DNA from: Sminthopsis crassicaudata
Taxonomy: Eukaryota
Assembly: GCF_048593235.1 (NCBI RefSeq)
Contig: NC_133617.1
Span: 648,252,958 to 648,316,957, forward strand
Length of the DNA: 64,000 nt
Direction of reading: 5' to 3'
The first letter of the stretch is position 1; each line of letters opens with the position of its first letter. Below are positions 38,400 to 52,260 of the stretch, one piece after another. The notes beneath the pieces are model-generated. The model searched no databases, was not told the origin of the DNA, and was given only the letters and a program-made list of their open reading frames with translations. Made by a program: the position numbers and the translations under genes.

Positions 38400-40430
38400 G
38401 GATACAAAGATAACAAGTAAACAGTTCTACCCAGAAGGAGTATATATTCAATGGGGGCAGAAGATGAAGGGAAAAGATGAAACATATTCAATAATATACA
38501 AAGTAATTTCATGAGGGAGAGAAGGGTAATAACTAGACAAAACAAGGAAAGGATCCAGATGGCATCTGAACTATTCTTTGAAAGAAAGAAGAGACTGCAA
38601 AAGGCAACTAAAGGGGGAATACTTTTCAGAAAAATGGAGTGGGGGGGGGAGGAAAGAAGGAGGTGGGGGATGAATTGATCACTTGCGCAAAAGGTAAAAA
38701 GGCAAGAGATTGAACATCTCCTATGGGGATCAGCTAGCAGGACTGTGTATGAAGGGGAGTTATATAAAATATAGGAATGATAGGTAAGAACTAGATTTTC
38801 AAGGGGTTTAAATGCCCAGGCTGAGCTCTTTTTTGTATTTCATCTTAGAAATATCATATAGAATCGAAAGTTATGGAATATTATTGCTCAGTAAGAAATG
38901 ACCAGCAGGAGGAATACAGAGAGGGTTGGAGAGACTTAAATCAACTGATGCTGAGTGAAATGAGCAGAACCAGAAGATCACTGTATACTTCAACAACGAT
39001 ACTGTATGAGGATGTATTCTGATGGAAGTGGAAATCTTCAACATAAAGAAGATCCAACTCACTTCCAGTTGATCAATGATGGACAGAGGTAGATACACCC
39101 AGAGAAGAAACACTGGGAGGGGAATGTAAATTGTTAGCACTAATATCTGTCTGCCCAGGTTGCATGTACCTTCGGATTCTAATGTTTATTGTGCAACAAG
39201 AAAATGATATTCACACACATGTATTGTACTTAGACTATATTGTAACACATGTAAAATGTATGGTATTGCCTGTCGTCGGGGGGAGGGAATAAGGGAGGGG
39301 GGGTAATTTGGAAAAATGAATACAAGGGATAATATTATAAAATATATATATATATAATAAAAAAAATTTAAAAAAAAAAAAAAGAAATATCATATAGAAT
39401 CACTGAAGATTTTTGAATTGAGGAAAGAGGTTCAAATCTGTGTTTCAGTAATATCAACTAGGCAACTCTTAAAAAAAAAAAGTCTAGAAAGGAAAGGGAA
39501 ACCATATACAGGTGGATCACTTAGCAACGACAAAAGATGAGGCCAGAGATGATGAAGACAAGGTGATATGATCAGAGAGGTAAGGGACAAATAGGAGAAA
39601 TGCTGAAAAGGTAGAATTTAAAAGCCTGTCAACTCATTGGATACATTTAAAAATTCTTCCACAACTACAAAGTTAGCTGAGTAGAGAGATGGTGGTATTG
39701 TTAATAAAAATGATAAAATTGGAAGGAAAGACAGGTTTGAGGAAAATAAGGAGTTATATTTGCAATATACTGATTTTGAGTGGCCTAAGGAATTTAGGTG
39801 GAAATATCTAATAACCATTTGGTGATATGCTGAAATTCAAGAAAGAGATTCAGTCTAGATATATAGATTTTGGAATCATTTACAAAGAGAAAATAATTGA
39901 ACCCTGAGTTGATGAGATCCCCAAAGGGAGAAAGCATAAAGAAAAGCATCAGAGAATGCTCATACAGTGAGCAAAAAGGGGAATTAGTGCAACACCAATG
40001 GAAAAAAAAAAAAAAAAAAAAGCAATGTCACAAAAGGAAAGGGAGAAGAAAGCATTCAAGAGGAAGAAGTGGTCAACAGTATCAAAGCTGAATACAGAGT
40101 TCAAGAAAGATGAGGAATTAGAAATGGTCACTGAATTGAGCAGTTAAGAGATCATTGATAATTGAGAAAAAGGCCATTTCAGAAGAATACTGGATTCAGA
40201 AAACAGACTTCTAAGGATTGTTACAACTGTGAAGTAGAATAATAAAAGCAATGAGTAAAAATGACCCATTTTCAGATTCTGGCTGTGAAAGGAAGAAGAG
40301 ATATAGGATAATCTCCAAAGGGAATGACAGATACAAATGAAAGATTTTTAAAGAAGAAGACTTGAGCATGTTTGCAGGCACAGGGGAAGGAGTCTGAACA
40401 TTAGGGTATATTTAAAATCAGACAAACAGA
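38400..40430 (-). mobile_element. L2 LINE relic interrupted by the young L1
   Basis: Long decayed L2-like purine-rich tract (gaaagacaggtttgaggaaa...; gagcagttaagagatcattgataatt...); boundaries approximate. Confidence 0.7.
38866..39382 (+). mobile_element. Young 5'-truncated L1 with perfect 19-bp TSD, inserted in an L2 relic
   Basis: L1 ORF2 end (gaaatgaccagcaggaggaatacagagag...gaaatgagcagaaccag), 3'UTR and A-tail; agaaatatcatatagaatc at 38847-38865 and 39383-39401. Confidence 0.96.
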
Positions 40431-43400
40431 GGAAATTAATGAAGAACAAAAAGCTTCCCCATTACACTGTATTTGAATTGTGATTTTAAACTTTTTTAGC
40501 TCATTTGATTCTTATGGGGAATATAAGGCTGGTATTATTATATAACTTTCTTCCAATTTCCAAAGATCTGTGATTTCACTGATGTATACTATCCACCTAT
40601 CCAGATCGTGGCACTCTATATATTGGTAGTCATGAATTACTAGGGAAAAAAGAAAAAGAAAAGAAAGAAAATCCTTTATATGGTTGCCAACAATTTAGTA
40701 ACAACCCTTCTAAACTTAGTGTGTGGTTCTTTGATGACAAGACCCATAGTCCATCACTAGATTCTGAATCCAAAACTTTCCATCTATAAAGATAGTCCTA
40801 CCAGAATGTATATTGGCATGACATTTCAAAACATATCTTAATTCAAAGAGGAAAACTGAGATCAAGGAAAGTTAAATGATTTACCTAAAATCACATTCAG
40901 TGAATTATGGTTTGGAGAAATTACTAAAATCAGTGAAATCTTGTGTCTTAGAAAGTTGGAAGGAATGATCAAACAATACCAAAAACACCAGCATAAATAC
41001 ATATCATAAAATCAAAGCTAGATCATGATAGCCAGGAAGTTCAAATATAAATTACACACTTCTACCTTTTTCTAAAGACCATAAATCATAACTCAAGTTT
41101 TTGAAAATTGATTGGCTTTGTGTGTCTACTAACCAATAAGGGGTAGACTTATAATTAGTATATTAGTATTAGGAATTACTAGTATTAGTATAAGGAAATT
41201 CCCTTTACCAATTCAAGTTGTAACCTTCTCTGCAATTTGTAATATGACAGTTACTTATAGCTCTGGGAGTCTCAGTAATTTGCTCATTGTTACTTTATCA
41301 AAAATGGGACTTGAACTTGCATCTTCTTAGCTGTTTTTAATCCAAATCTTAACCTAAATTGAGGACTGTGATTTAGAGATCAGCTTCTTTTTACTTCAGA
41401 ACACAGGAGATTCCCAAGGGAAAACCATCTCTCCTCAAATGAGTTCACAATTAGGGAGGTATACAAAGTATAGAATTTCTTTTTTAAAAAAAATCTGACT
41501 TTCCAGGAACATATTAGTTTTTTCCTACTTTTTAAAAAAAGCTCTCACAAGCTTTTTTCTAAAGTAGATAGTGATGAAATGACATCACACACGTGACAAA
41601 TACTATACGCAGAAAAATTGAAGTTTTTTAACAAAAAGGATGAATTACAGGGGGGGCAGAATATAAAAGAAATGCTATTCATGGAAATGTATTAATTTAA
41701 TCAGTGCCTTTGCTGCAGGCTTATCATAAAAAGGTTCATAAAGTGCCCAAAAGCCACATAAGATTTTAGAATTATGCTGCTCAATGACTGATTCTCAGTG
41801 AAGAGTGAGAGAGAAAAAACTTCTCTCCTCCCTCATTTTATTTGTCCAGGAAATAAACTTCTGCAAGATTAGTTCTAGTATTTTTATCTAAAAGGGTCAG
41901 CTATTTCTTATGCAGAATATGAAGGACTCTGTAAGACGGCTTTTAGAAACAGGTGCTAAGTGAAAGTAAGACTTAAGGCTTATTAACTTCCAAGAAAAAT
42001 GTCAAAGAAGATCTGTGATGGTCCCAATTCCTAATAGATACTAAGCAAAATCTAAATTTAAATTCAAGTCCTGCTGTAGTGAACTCTTATGTCTGCTTTA
42101 CCTGGAAATTTGTGGATTATGAAAAAATGGCATCTAGAACTACAGTGCCTGTTAATTGGCTTGAACATCTATTTATGTCACAGGGATTGGCATACTTTAA
42201 GAGTTAAACCTATCATATTCTCCAACCTTGCAGTTAGATATGATTTACAGATGTGCTATACAATTATGTACACTCTAAGAAATGTTTTTAACTTTTTCAA
42301 CTGGGGGCATAGTTTGTATAAATTAGGAGATTCAGACTACAATTAGTCACAAAAATGTGTTTTGATTTTTCAGGCTTTTCCCACAATCAGGAAATTTCAT
42401 TGTTATATTAAACAAAATCTGTTTTTGAAATATCTGCATGTAAAAAGGTACTTGAAATAATCACAGCTGCAAAGGTAGAATTTATATAGCCTCTTTTGCA
42501 TATCGAACACCAAACAGATTATTTTTTCTGGGATTTCATGTGAATATCATAGTATCATTTCATATAGTGACTTTCAACCAATTACTTCCATGGGACAGAA
42601 AAACATGCACTGACTATTGATGCTATATAGATCAACTATAGATAAGGAAATTGAGACTTTATAAGTTGTTGGGCATCTCACCATTCTGGGTAGAATTAGA
42701 AGCTGAATCCAGGTTTCTTAACCATTATTTTTATACCTTAATAATGAATTATGATAACATCAGCATAAGTAACTCATTCATGCATGGCTTTGTAGTTGGA
42801 AAGTGTGCATTACACAATTGTCTCATTTCCTATAAAAAAGAGAGAAAGATCAAGAAGAGATTTGAAGAGATTACCTAGTCCAACTTCACTTTGCAGGTGA
42901 GGAATTTGAGACTTGAAGATGAATGTTAACTTGCCAAGGTCATAGAGCTATTAAATAACAGAGCTGGGTGTTAGAACCTAAATTCTTTATATCATACTAT
43001 GATTCCCAAAACAACTTTGTATGGCAGGATAAAATTTAGTAAATACTGCTATCCCTATTGTAGAAAACTGAGAGGCTTATTAATTTATCCAACTTTCATT
43101 ATGAGATGAAAATAAAACTTAAATTTAGAGTTATAGAATTTAAGTTTAAAGTTCTATCTACTATATCTGACTAGAACTACAGGACAAATATTTATTGGGT
43201 AGTACTTTAAAAGGGAAGGATCCTAACCTAATGAAACATAACTTTAAATCAACTATAAGACAAATTCAATTGACAAGAGACTGGAAAAGTATGAGAAATA
43301 AGGCTTCATGGAAGGGACAAAGTTATCTTTTCTCAAATATCAATAATAGTAATGAAGTTAGCTAGTTGAAATTAAGTTTAAGTAAGTAAATTAGCATTAA

Positions 43401-45337
43401 CAATGAAACTGCATTTAATGTGTCACTTATTTTTCCTCTTTAATCATTATTTTAACCAAAATTTTTATCAATGTATTCCTTATTGCTATCATAGTATTCA
43501 TTTACTCATCCATGCATTCAAAAAAGTATTTATTAAACATTCATATACAGACCTCTGGGAGAGGTACAAAACTTGGATGAGACAGTAAAGCCTGCCCACA
43601 TGGATTTCACTGTCTATAGTTGGGAGGCCAAAAATGTTACCAGTTGATAAATCCAAAAAATTTAATCCTTAATAGCATCTTAACATCAAACAATGCCATG
43701 TGTGCTTTAGTGAAGATCTTAATGCTTTTGGAATTTAAAAAAAAATTAATTTCATAGGCTTTTACTCAGCTATATGGGTTATTATTCAGCATACTTAAGT
43801 TTTCATCAATAGGAGGAAAAAAAAAGATATGCAAGTTAATCCAAATAGTAGTAAGAACATAAGGAACCTATGTTAATCAACAATGAGTTTGTTTTTTTCC
43901 CAAAAGGATAAGGAAATAATCATTTATATATCACCTTCTATGTCCTAAGTGCCTTTCCTATCTCAAGAACATGTCAATCTAATGTACATGTTTAACAATA
44001 AGAGCTTTACTTTGGAAAATATATCACAAAGAAATGCACTGGAATAGTGACTTTGGAAGCTAATTTGGTAACAACTAAGAAATCTGTATAATCTACTATT
44101 TCTTGAATGGGATGACAACATATATGTTCAGGATATTTCCCAACTACACAGTTGTTGTTTTAATTGGGTTCAATTATATAACTGTTCTATTACTTAGGAA
44201 ATAAATATGTAATAAAAGCAATGAAAAATGGGAGTATATAAGTTTTGATTGCTTCCAAAAAAATCCAATTATAAAATGTGTGACTTTCACATTTGAAAAA
44301 GAAAGCTCCAAATACATATAAACTCAAGAATGTAAAATGGGGGAAAAATGCTTAAAGTAAATCTAATTTAAAATATAAGGAAATGTTAATGAGCTCATCT
44401 AAAATTGGAGGGGCAAAGTCAATATATGAATCATGATTTTAGATAGAGTTGATTGCTGCTGAGTTTATGACCTTCCATAGACTGTCAATATAATTGTTAA
44501 AACCACCATAAACATAGCACTAGTCAGATAAAAGTTATGTTTATCTGACAAAAATCATGCTTTTTATAGAAATGAATAAATCATGTATTCAAACGTTTGT
44601 GAATCATCTTAAGTTTTTCCTCATCAAAAAACAATATGCAGGCTTACTGCCTATTTATGATTTGTGTTCTCAGCTTATATTTTTTATTCTGATATCTATT
44701 TAAAAAAAAAACAACCTTATTTTTCATCAATGGAAATTGTAACCTGCTTTAAAATTATTTTATCACTACTTTTTTTTTAGATAGCAACATAAGAGTTATG
44801 TACTTTTTAAAAAACAATGAATAAGTACATTGATCTATCTACAAAATAAGAATTCAGATTTGAAGATAAAATGACAAAGAAAGGTAGTTCCAGACTAAAA
44901 ATCAAGCAAAGTTATGGAGTATTTTAAGGAGTACTTAAGCCAAGATAGTTTTTATTTTCATATCTATTTCATCAAAATATAAATACCAGAATCTTTGAGA
45001 AGTAAATACCATCAAAAAACTTTTATCTTTCTCCTTATTTTGAATTTTATAAACATAACACATGGCAGTAGATGTGCAATTTGGAAATGGAAGGTAAAAT
45101 TGTACATAGTGTATTCCTTACGTCTAATCTAAAAAATTCCGAAGCATTAAATTCCAATACTCAGTATTACTTTTTTTTTCATTTTTGCATTAAGAAATAA
45201 CTACAATTTTTACATAAACATTATTAAAAAAAATAAAATAAATCACATAAACAGGTCCTAGGTCTTTAACAGAAACACAGACAGAGATTGAACATCCCAT
45301 ATATATAGATACACATCTATAGCTATCTATATATGCG

Positions 45338-45341
45338 CACA

Positions 45342-45382
<41 letters not shown>
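45338..45382. repeat. (CA)n microsatellite, ~22 units with one interruption
   Basis: Read directly from the sequence. Confidence 0.97.
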
Positions 45383-45387
<5 letters not shown>

Positions 45388-45949
45388 AGAACATGGTGAA
45401 ACTGGTAAAATTACATTTGGGGAGGAGGGGAAAAACCATTATGCAATGCCTTCAGGAACAATCTCAAGGTCTGAAAAATCCTAAAAACATGAAAATGCTA
45501 ATGTGGTTTCACAACAAAGTTCCTTTACAAGGACCACACACCCACATGACTTGCATCTTTTAAACTGTCCTATTTCTAGAATGCCTGCTTTTTCTCCTTT
45601 TTTTAATCACACTAGAACTCTTTGGCTGCAACTAAATTAGATGGTTCTGTTTAGCTCATCTGAATGACACTGCCCCCCCCCCAAGTAGCGAATTCAAGTT
45701 TGTTTGTTTTTTCCCCAGTCAGTTCTTTGACTCCTAAACTGTATCTCTCTCCCTAAAATAAACCATTATTATAAAGAGATGGTTAAAAAAAATGTAAAAA
45801 GGAATGAGGGAGTAGTAATGGTAACATACAGTACCATGAGCTGCTTTGGCCTCCCAGTCAGTGGTGTACAGTTAACAGATCACTCCTGGCCTTCAGCAGA
45901 CAGCAAAACACAGCTCTGGGAAGGAGGGAAGGAGGATGGGGGAGGGGGG

Positions 45950-46670
45950 TTCATCTGGCAGTTTACACAAGAAGGCAACTCAGCTCCGTTCTGGCGCATT
46001 CCTTCTCTCTATCTCCCAACCTCTTTGCGTGTGTCTTGTCATATTTTCTTCAGCTGTTAATTGTCCAGACTGCGAGACTTTAAACAGCCACAGTTTAGGA
46101 AAAGCGAAACCCTTCTAAGTGACTATCACAGCAAATCAGCTTCACGCTGGTGGGTAAAATTTTCCAAGGGAAGTGTTCTTCTGATAGTTCCTGAGTCTCT
46201 AAGTCACCCACCCACCCCCCTCCTTCTCCACTCTCCGCCACACACACTCCCCTTGAGGGCTAAATGCACTTGTGGCAATAAAACATTCATGCGACTTGGA
46301 ATTTTAACACAATGCCATTTCCCTAGTTTAACCTGAAAGGAATGCACTAGTCACAACAGACTACATCATCTCGCCATTAAGCTTTGCCAAGGAACCGCTC
46401 TTTTGGCTGTGCTGGGCCAGCTTTGACGGGAAAGGAGTACACAGACCCACACACAGAGCACAGAGGGGCCACCTCTGCTTCCTCAACCTTATCCAGCAAC
46501 ACCCTGCTCTTAACCATGACCCCTGACCCCCCACCCCCAGCATTGTGATAGGCTTGTGATGCATGTGTCACTTTGGAACTTCTGAAGTCACAACACTGGG
46601 TAAGCAAGTCCAGTGTTCCACTAATTTGCTGCTCTGTCTCAACAGGCACTTGGCTTATTGCCAAGAGTCC
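45950..46670. promoter_or_regulatory. CpG-retaining unique element; candidate enhancer or alternative promoter
   Basis: 11 CpGs in ~45986-46430 against near-absence in flanks; CAGCTG adjacent to TAATTG (46051-46063); perfect NFI palindrome TTGGC-N5-GCCAA at 46650-46664. Confidence 0.55.
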
Positions 46671-49600
46671 TTTTAAAATTATTATTGCCACTACTCAAAG
46701 TTGTATGCTTAAGTATAGAGATATTTATTTCCTCCTTTAAAAAAAACAAAACAAACAAACAAAAAAAAAACAAAACAACTTTACATTTGCATTCAGTAAT
46801 TAGGTTATGATTACTGACAAAACAGTTTGCTTAGGGGACTACTTATCAAAGTTGACAGTACTTTTGAATTCTAGTAGCATTTAATTTATATTTTCTTTAC
46901 AAACACATACAACACAAAAAATACATATCCCTTTGATTTCTCCTGGTAATTTTGGTGGGAAAGTCAAAGGTGTAGAGTAGTAAAATATCTGTACTTAGTA
47001 TTTGCAGTAGCTAGTCAGCTCAGTAACAAGGTAAAGAGGTAGGAAAGCTGAATCCCAGGAACTTAGATTTAATCATTTATTTATAGCACACCAAGATTTT
47101 TTGATGCCTAATAATATATTAGAAAAGATAGTAAGAAAAAAAATTTATTCATATATACATATAAAAACATATTGTATATGTCAAATCCAGTTCAGCTCCC
47201 TCATTTTATATGAATACAAAAAAAAAAAAAAAAAGACTTTCTATTCAGGAAACTTTTTTTTCTTAAAACTGTGTTTATTATTTTAATGCCTCATTTATTT
47301 AACTGACACCAAAAGAGGCCCATTTACTGTGGTCTAGTAGAAAGCATACTGAATTATCATAAGAAGACATAAAAACTAGCTAGAACACTTAACTAACTTG
47401 CTATGAAACCCTTAACCTCTAGTCTCAGTTTTTTAATCTATAAAATGAGGGAGCTGAACTGGATTTGACACATACAATCCATTTCAGCTTTGAATTCTCT
47501 GATTTTTATGATGTAAAACCAAGTTATTCAAAACTGGTTTTAATTAACAATACTGAAAGAGGCCCAGGTAAAAAAGGTCTTACCCAGCCCAACTCCTCAG
47601 AGCCACCACAATCAAAGGAGCCCTACAAAATTTACTTTCTTTTTTATTCATACATATTATTAAAGAAACTGTCTTTATCAATTTTATAATCAACTATTTT
47701 AATTCCTCTTTTTCGTAGACAGACCCTATTATTTATTCATTCATTCATTCAGCTTTTTAACTCAAAAGTATCATGTTGCTTTTCCATCCTCCCCAAGGGT
47801 ATTCCATATATTTTAGGTATTGCCAGGTAAAAACTCTGGTTGAAGCTACCACAACTTCCACTCCAGTTCCCAAAACTGAAACTATCACCTGCATGATTAA
47901 ATTAATCTCCAGCGGCTCAGTGCACTTCTGTTATAATAACATAACAGAGATAAATACATCTGCATAAATACCATATCAGATGTACTTCACCAGGGTGTCT
48001 CATGTTTATGTAATACTAACACAGTAGGGCACATTTATTTAGAGGTCCTGGTGAGAGTTGCTTAACAAGCTAATATGCACATAAAAATAAAACTGAATTG
48101 CATTCTTTAAGCCTTAATTTTTGTCTTCTTAGTAACTAGAATTAACTTTGAACATAACTTTCTATTTTTTTAAGTAGACATTATCATGACCTGAGAAGTT
48201 ACTTTTCCTCTTAGAAGGGTCATGATATTTTTATACTGAGAGATCCATAATTAGAAAACCAAGATACATGCTTGTCATACTAATGTATGTATGTATAAGA
48301 CTAAACTCAATGTGACGATTATTAAAACCAATATTAAGTGAGTTTCAAATAAAATATTCTCAAATCATGCATGAATTGAAGAATTTCAGATGTATACTTT
48401 TTATATTTCAGATAAATTTAGATATTAAGCATTCATTCAGATTAGTTATGCTATCTATAGCTAGTGAGAAAAATTTTAGATGTGGGGGGAAGAAGATGCA
48501 CAAAAAAAATTATGTATTAAAAAGTGTATATTTTTGTTCATGTCAAATATACTGGTTCAACTTCAGGGGAAGGAAAATTTTTCTGCACTAATTAAGAATT
48601 AGTTGGGAAAAATTTTTAGAAATTATTTTGTTGGAAAGAGAAGAATTTAGTGCAAAAGAATGTTAGACTTTGAACCAAGAAAGACCTCTCCTGCTTTTAG
48701 CACGGTGACTGTGTCACCTTAGATAAGTCATTTGCTCTCTGTGCCTCAGTTTCCTCATCTGAAAAAAAGATTATAACTAGGGAATCAACCTTAGATAATT
48801 TTTGTGACAATATAACAAGATGAAATGTATAAAATACTTATTATATAAAACTTAAAACACTCATTAGTTGAATTTCTTCATAATAATTATCAATACACAA
48901 AACATAAAAAGCATTTTGTTTTAAACAAAAAACAATGATCAATTTCACAATTAATAGTTTTCATTACAAGTAATTAAACTTTTCTGCTACATGATTTGAG
49001 GTCTATTCATTTTGAACTCAAAAATTAAATATTACTAGAAACAGAAAACATGGAAATATTTAAAACATTAAAAATACTAATAATCCAGCATACCTGTAAA
49101 ATGACAGAAATATTCATTTATTAATGCTTTCACTGAGAACTAATGAACATGCAATTATCAAATCTTTGATGCCAATGGATGATTTTATTAATCCTTTAAA
49201 CAAAAGTAATTCTTTCAAATTTTGGTCAAATTTCTTCATAACAGCTTCAAAGGTTGAATTCATTTGTATTACCTTATAAATAAAAAACCCATAGAATTTA
49301 AACTTCTCATTATTTCCTTGACATCAAAGAAAATAAACATCCATTTCTCATCAACCTAGAGAATCCACAAAACATTTGAATGATGATACACATGTACACA
49401 TGTTAACTTATTTTACTCTATCAGACTCCATTTGGTGAGTTAGGATTAGCTAAAATAACACTATGTTGGGGGAAGGAGTGGCAGAGATGAAGGCAAATGC
49501 AGGCTCAAACCCTGTGTGTGGCCAATACAGAAAGGAGGAAAGGAAGGAGTGTAGAAGAATGACAATGAAGGAAACACAGAGAGACAGCATAAGAAGGCAA

Positions 49601-51867
49601 TTAGTAAGAAAGATATGTGAAAGAAAACAGGAAGACACAGGGGAAGAGAAAATGGAAGAAGGGAAAGAATGGGATAATAGAAAGGGAGAAGGATGAAGAG
49701 AGTCACATGGAAAAAAAGTGAGTGAGAGGAGAGGGAAAGAGAATAGGAGCCCAAGAACACCACAGTGGAACAGGCAGCTGGCCTGAGATGCTAATTCAGC
49801 GCTTTAACAAATCAATGCCACTTGAAAAGTACAATGCGAGCCCTCACTGGGTAGATGTCAGGGGACTGAGAAAATGCATTCTCAAGTATTTCACATTAAG
49901 AGGGAATAATGTGTTAATTTATAACTCTTCACCCTATACACTTGGATTATCCATCTGTGTCAGCGATTTGACTTCTTAAATTTATCAAAAACATGAGCAA
50001 AGGGAGGCATCTTCTGCTTAACCATTGGGAAATAGAGGTTTAGAAAAAGCCTGTCCTGTATGGTTCCTTTTGCTCTTCTCTTTGGTATTGGGGAGCATAA
50101 ATGGGGGTGACAGTATAGGGAAGTATATTGGAAGGGAGGGGAGAGGTCAGAGGACAAAAGGAAAACCTATGGTTTTGTTAAAAGAGACTGGGATGGGGGA
50201 GGAGGGGATTTAGGGGAGAGAGGCCTGAGGAGAGGGAGGAGAGAGAGGGGTTGATTGCACTGGTTACCATCCATCAAAAATGACAAAGAAGAGAGGAAAA
50301 ACTTGAATCAGCAACCAGGACTACCAACATAAGAATTTACTTTACCTAAACTTAGTCAAGGCCCTTAGCATAGCCAATAGAAGAGGAGCTACTAATAACT
50401 GAATTGTAATTAAATTGTTCTGAATACAACGTGAGTTGTAAAAACACTGTTTATCAAAATAGAGAAAGAAGAACTAAACTTATTTTATTTGGTTTATTAA
50501 CAGAAGAATCAGTGAAGAAAGCTGACAGACTCTTTTCACATACATAAGTAAAATTAAATGTAGCACTTGTTCCTCTTTTGTTAAAATACTAATTCAATTC
50601 AAAATCAAGGCCCGAAAATTGTTTCTTAATTCTATCTTGATAGTTGATTTTTAATATGTAGCTCAATTAAAAAAACACCCTCAAATATAATAAGAAACAC
50701 TTATTGTAATAACCACAACTATCTTGAAATCATGATTTACATGGAGCATTCTCATTTTGGGGATATTTTTGCTTCTTAAATATGAAGGACTTGAGTTTGA
50801 GAGATATGAACACTGCCAACCAAATATCTTCTCAAGTAATTTAAAAATAAGTGTAACCAAGTCTACCCTTACTCACATTTCAGAACAAAAAAGAGAATAA
50901 GTTTCAATAAAGCATTTGAATTTAGATCTCATTTTCCAGGATTATGAGGAAAGCATAGAAATAACTGCTCTACTTTAAAAGAAAAAAAAAGAAAAAAGGA
51001 CAACTTTGTAAGTGTCCTAAGGTTCACGCTTCTGAACATTTTTCAATTATTTGTGCCACACATTGATGCCTAAACTCTATGGGCATTTCTCTTGCCAGTC
51101 CTACAACTGAAACAGAAACAGACATTCTCTTATTTTCAAGACATTCATATGTAAATACATGCTGATGAATGGAAATGAGATGCTATACATGATGGGTAAT
51201 GCTCTACATTTAGTACATGTGAAAGTTACTCACTGAACCTCTAGTCCCTTCCCTTCCATTATGGAGAAGATAAAAATGAAAGACGACAGTGGGCTTTCCA
51301 TAAGTTTCTAGAGGTTAAATATATTCTCAAAGAAAAATGTATGAAAGAAAACTAGAGTTCTTTTATATAGGATTTCTTATGGCTTCTTCATAGTGTTCTT
51401 TGTTCTAGAGAGTTTAGTTTTTAAATGTATATTAAATTTTGATCAGAAACTCAAATTGTAAATCTTCAGTAGTTGTTATTATAGTTGCCCTGGATCAAAG
51501 GATCACTATACCCAAAATAATGTAATTTAATGAATGTTTTATTTCTTCCAAAGTACAAAATTATCTTAGTAATTTCCTTATTTCATGATGACAAACTAGC
51601 TTATTTCCCCATCATAAAACCATAGGAGGCAGAATGAAATACATTGGAGATGTGTGTGCAAAAAGGTAAGGAATCACATATTTATGTTTTAAAAGAGTGC
51701 ACTATTTGTTTCTCCACAGTGGGAAGTCACTCTGTCCTTGTTTTATGCATGAATTATTCCTGTCGGTCCTATCCAGGCTGCCCCCTAATATAAGCTATCT
51801 ATTCTTATCATTATAGTACAGTTAATCCTCTTCTCCCTCCCACCACTCCTCCCCTCCCCCGACTCAC

Positions 51868-52260
51868 CTAAAGGGTTAAAAGACTAGAGTACATTNNNNN
51901 NNNNNNNNNNNNNNNNNNNNNNNNNNNNNNNNNNNNNNNNNNNNNNNNNNNNNNNNNNNNNNNNNNNNNNNNNNNNNNNNNNNNNNNNNNNNNNNNNNNN
52001 NNNNNNNNNNNNNNNNNNNNNNNNNNNNNNNNNNNNNNNNNNNNNNNNNNNNNNNNNNNNNNNNNNNNNNNNNNNNNNNNNNNNNNNNNNNNNNNNNNNN
52101 NNNNNNNNNNNNNNNNNNNNNNNNNNNNNNNNNNNNNNNNNNNNNNNNNNNNNNNNNNNNNNNNNNNNNNNNNNNNNNNNNNNNNNNTGAACAGGGCTTC
52201 TTCCTCCCCTCCCCCCAATCCTTTTCCTATACCAGTGACAGCTGTGTGGCAGGGCGAAGA
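51868..52260 (-). other. Candidate non-coding (first/5'UTR) exon or splice junction with strong donor, partly N-masked
   Basis: TAG|GTGAGT at 51868/51867 followed by G-runs; the visible 28 nt have stops in all three frames; GC-box-like ggggggaggggagg upstream at ~52204-52217. Confidence 0.45.

Noticed and set aside
46125-46160. Resemblance to the CPEB3 HDV-like ribozyme 5' segment (cacagca...ttcacg)
   Set aside because: Short partial match only; P1 and pseudoknot partners absent.
49273-49355. Mariner transposase motif (DEKW) in the candidate exon peptide
   Set aside because: Four-residue match only; no terminal inverted repeats or other DDD motifs nearby.
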